Assembly (NCBI GenBank): GCA_036172245.1
Contig: JAYWIR010000187.1
Coordinates: 1-36,746, forward strand
Direction: 5' to 3'
Origin: Raillietiella orientalis
Lineage: Eukaryota
DNA length: 36,746 nt
Within the stretch, counting starts at the first letter, position 1. Each line of letters opens with the position of its first letter. The notes under the pieces were generated by a model, which saw only the letters and a program-made list of their open reading frames with translations, was not told the origin of the DNA and did not search any database. Shown here piece after piece: positions 33,511-36,746 of the stretch. A program made the translations under genes and the position numbers.

Positions 33511-35779
33511 GTGGACGTGTTTTTCCTTCGCTCCCGAGTGAGTCGACAGGAAGCGGTTTTTTTTTGTGTTGTTTGGTGTGGAACATCGTTGTTGTCCGAT
33601 GGCAGCGATGCCTGACGACACCACGATGGAGGTGGGTGTGGGGGAGGCTTGCCCACCCCCACAGCCTACAGAATCAGGGGCGTCCGACCCGGAATCGCCC
33701 TCGCCGCCCAAGGCGAGAAGCAGGAACGCCATGGTGACCGCGCCGAGCGTGGAAAGCGAGGCCGAGATGGCGGCCTACCGGGCAGCTGGGTACAAGCCCA
33801 GCTTGGTATACCAGGTAGGCCCCTTATTTGATGGAAAAACGGCAAGCTGGAGTTCGCGCAAGAGAGCGTGGACCTCTGGTACTTGGGAAAGCCACGGTAT
33901 TGCGGCTACTGCGATACCGTAGGACACCTTCGCAAGAGGTGTCTTAACATGCAATGCCACATGTGCGGGGAGAAGAGCCACGTTCGACGTGTGTGCCCAA
34001 AACGCAACACCCCGGTTTCTCCTGCCGCGAAAAAGGCGCAGGGGAAACGCGCACTAAAGGTCGCAAGACCTGAGGCGGACGCTCGCCGGCTGAAGCTGCC
34101 AGATCCTCAACCTCCAAAAGAAAAGACGGAGGATAAACCTTCCCAAGATGCGGAAGGTGAAGAGGGCTGGCAACTTGTAGCAGCCAGAAAAGAGAGAAAA
34201 GCTCCTTTAAAGGAGAAGAAAGAGAAGTTGGCCGGTAAGGCAAAAAAACCCGGGCCGCGTTCGAGAACCATACGCGAGTGCACGGGGGCACTGGAAGGTA
34301 TCGTCGTACCGGAAGATGCCAACCGGGGCGACGAGCCTCCCCTCGCCGTTTCCCCCGCGCCCGAAGTTCGCGACGACGAACCCTCTGTGCAAACAGAGGG
34401 TGAGCCGCGCGACGCGCCGGTCGACACCGAGGACAACGCGTTCGCAAAGGCGGCGGAGGAGCTCGCGGCCACGCTGGCGGAGCGTGAGAACCCCTCACGC
34501 AAGGCCGTGCGAAGGCCGGCTCCCGCGAAAAAGGCCCCCACAGGTGAGTCGGACCTGGGGGCCGGAAGTGCATCCTCCTCCTCGGAGGCACCCCCCACGA
34601 AGTCGGGACGCAAGTCCCAGAAACCCAGGAGGCGCCTCCCCTCCACCAGCGAGGAGGAGAAGCAGGAAGCTAGCGGTAGCGTGGGAATCCCGGAGGAGGA
34701 ACTCCCACGCTCGGAAGCCGTCGAGCCTGCCACCCCCATGGAGGAGGTTGAGCAGGGGGGCCAAGTCCTCCCTGCAGTCGCCGAGCCTGAACAGCCCGCC
34801 CCCATGGAGGAGGGCCAACAGGTAGGCGCGACCCCACCTGAGGGTGACCCGCTCGACGCGCCGTTACCGATGGAGGAGGGGGACCAGGTGCACGCAGCGC
34901 CTGACACTCCTCCTCCACCTAGCGTCCCGCCCCAGCAGGTGACGGACGCCGCATCGTTGTTTTCCGAGGACTAACACCTGGGCTCGCCAGTCGCCGTCGG
35001 ATTAGCGTGGCCTGCTGGAACGTCAACGGGCTGCGCGACGACGGCAACAGGCGAGATACGGCCGACACCCTGCGTGAGCTCGACCTGGCGCTGCTGCAGG
35101 AGATCCACGGGATCACCGCGGCAGACGCCCAGGAGATCGAGACGATCGCAAGGGGTCGGCTGTACTGGCAATACGGCATCCGCAACACTTGCGGGGTCGC
35201 GTTCTTCGTGAAGCCGGCCATCGACGCTGCCGTGAAGGGCGTGCGCTTCGATGACGACGGTCGTATCGGTCAGCTGATTCTCAACTGGTACGACTCGATC
35301 GACCTAATCGTCACAAACGTGTATGGCCCCAGCGGGAAACAGGGGTACCGCGACCGCACCAGGCTGCTGGAAACCCTGAAACGCGACTGGATGGCGGATA
35401 CCAATGTGCGAAAGGTTCAACTGATAGCGGGAGATTTCAATCTCCGCCTGCTAACAGGTGAGCCGGAAACAAAAGTGAACGCGATGAACGAGTTGTGCGC
35501 CGCCATGCGTGCGCGCAACTTGTTCGCGGGTAAGAGGATAATGATCCGCAGCATCGACCACGTCTTCTTGGACGCTGAACTGTGTTCACGCGTCGGCAAA
35601 AGGGGGAGGGTAGCGTCGACGTTGTCGGACCATTCCCCGCTAATTTTCGAGATGCGGCCTCGCGACAAAGGACCGCCATCCAGGGATTCGCGTCTGCCGG
35701 GGAACTGGACGCGAATCTCAGGTGCGAAGGTACACCTTCGCCAATACCTGAGAGGAGTCACGCTCCGGAATCTCCATTG
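33511..35779 (+). mobile_element. Piece M: 5' end, ORF1 with an internal deletion, and the APE of an element
   Basis: 5' motif GTGGACGTG, ATG at 33599/33608, knuckles CGYCDTVGHLRKRC and CHMCGEKSHVRRVC, ORF1 stop at 34974, open APE frame to 35780. The ORF1 segment between the YQVG and DLWY motifs is missing near 33845. Confidence 0.9.
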
Positions 35780-36746
35780 AAACCCGGGTGCACCGGGACG
35801 TTTATTCTCACGAATAAACCTATACAATCTGTGACTGGACCAGTAGTCTAGCCACGCCCTGGAAAGATATAGCTTGCTGGGCTACCGGTGCGCAGACCGG
35901 CGCGGTCGACCTCGGCACCAGAGCGGAGGGGGAACGAAACAAAAAGAAAACAAAAAATAAACAAAAATCAGGGAGGGAACGGGAAGGGATCACAGTCTGC
36001 TGGGAGGCTCCGTCATCCTCTGGAGGATGCCGGCAAGCTGTTTCTGCGTGTGTGGTTCCAGATGGGGCCATCGCGTCGCCATCCTGAGGAAACGGGCGAC
36101 ATACACGTTGGCATCCCTGTCGCTGGATCCTGCCGTCGCTTTGCTCCATGCCACGACGATCCCGCGTAGGCAGCACAGGGCTGCAAGCGAGGCCGCTGGA
36201 GGCAGGGCGTCACGGACGAAGAGGGGGCGCAAAGCGTCTTTGGGGTTGCCTCCGGGGATCCTCAGGGCTGCGGCAAAGAGTTCCCACAAGGGAAGGAGGG
36301 CAACACAGTCCACTAAGAGGTAGGGGAGGTATTCCCTCTCCCCGCACCTGACACAATTAGGGTTGACACCCCCCTTGTCCATTGGTGTCGGCGGGCGTTG
36401 CAAGTAAGCCCCCAATGCAACACCAGCAGTGCCGACTGTTGCCACTTCATGGGGAGGGTGCGCGAGTCCATGAGCACCGGGGGCCACTCGAGATGTTCCA
36501 CAGGAATATCCAGTAGCTCTCCCTAGCGCAACAGTCCATTTGGGGTGGTCCTCGGGGTCGCAGCGTTCTTGAGCTGACCCGTTCTCCAGTCCGCGATCTT
36601 CTTTGCCCTGCTGGCGATCTTGACAGTAACCTCCCATTGTGCCGCGACGTCGCTGTCCAGATGTTACCGTAGGGTAGGCAGTACCGCAGCAAGGGAGGTT
36701 CTTTGTGCCCACGCTTTCCTTCGGGGATTCTCGATGATTTCTCGGA
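35780..36746 (-). mobile_element. Piece N: 3' end of an element (ORF2 C-terminus plus 3' UTR), continuing beyond the window
   Basis: CVRCGEREYLPYLLVDC and LAALCCLRGIVVAW. Terminal hairpins at 35783-35819. Confidence 0.9.

Overview
This is eukaryotic DNA. About 31 of the 36.7 kb is a nested cluster of at least 14 pieces (labelled A-N) of one group of L1/Tx1-clade non-LTR retrotransposons. ORF1 has two CCHC knuckles. ORF2 has an APE endonuclease, an RT with QGDSLSP/YADD, and a C-terminal CCHC. At least two diverged lineages are present: B/H/I-like and E/K/L/M-like. One full-length copy (I, 20263-25906) sits inside ORF1 of another full-length copy (H) with a perfect 10-bp TSD. The main signals are: (1) independent copies inserted antisense at the same positions inside relatives' ORF2, twice after the RT 'KAFD' codons and at three junctions at the post-APE 'GFG' codons, suggesting elements that target their own kin; (2) a conserved multi-hairpin 3' UTR ending in a TTTATT/AATAAA palindrome plus a terminal GC hairpin, with almost no poly(A); (3) ORF2 has no AUG and overlaps the ORF1 stop in the -1 frame in all four junctions seen; (4) the APE domain seems to lack the hairpin loop linked to target choice. 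The interval ~2800-8150 is non-TE and holds weakly supported, disrupted, intron-containing gene-like sequence. All comparisons were done by eye, with no database searches.
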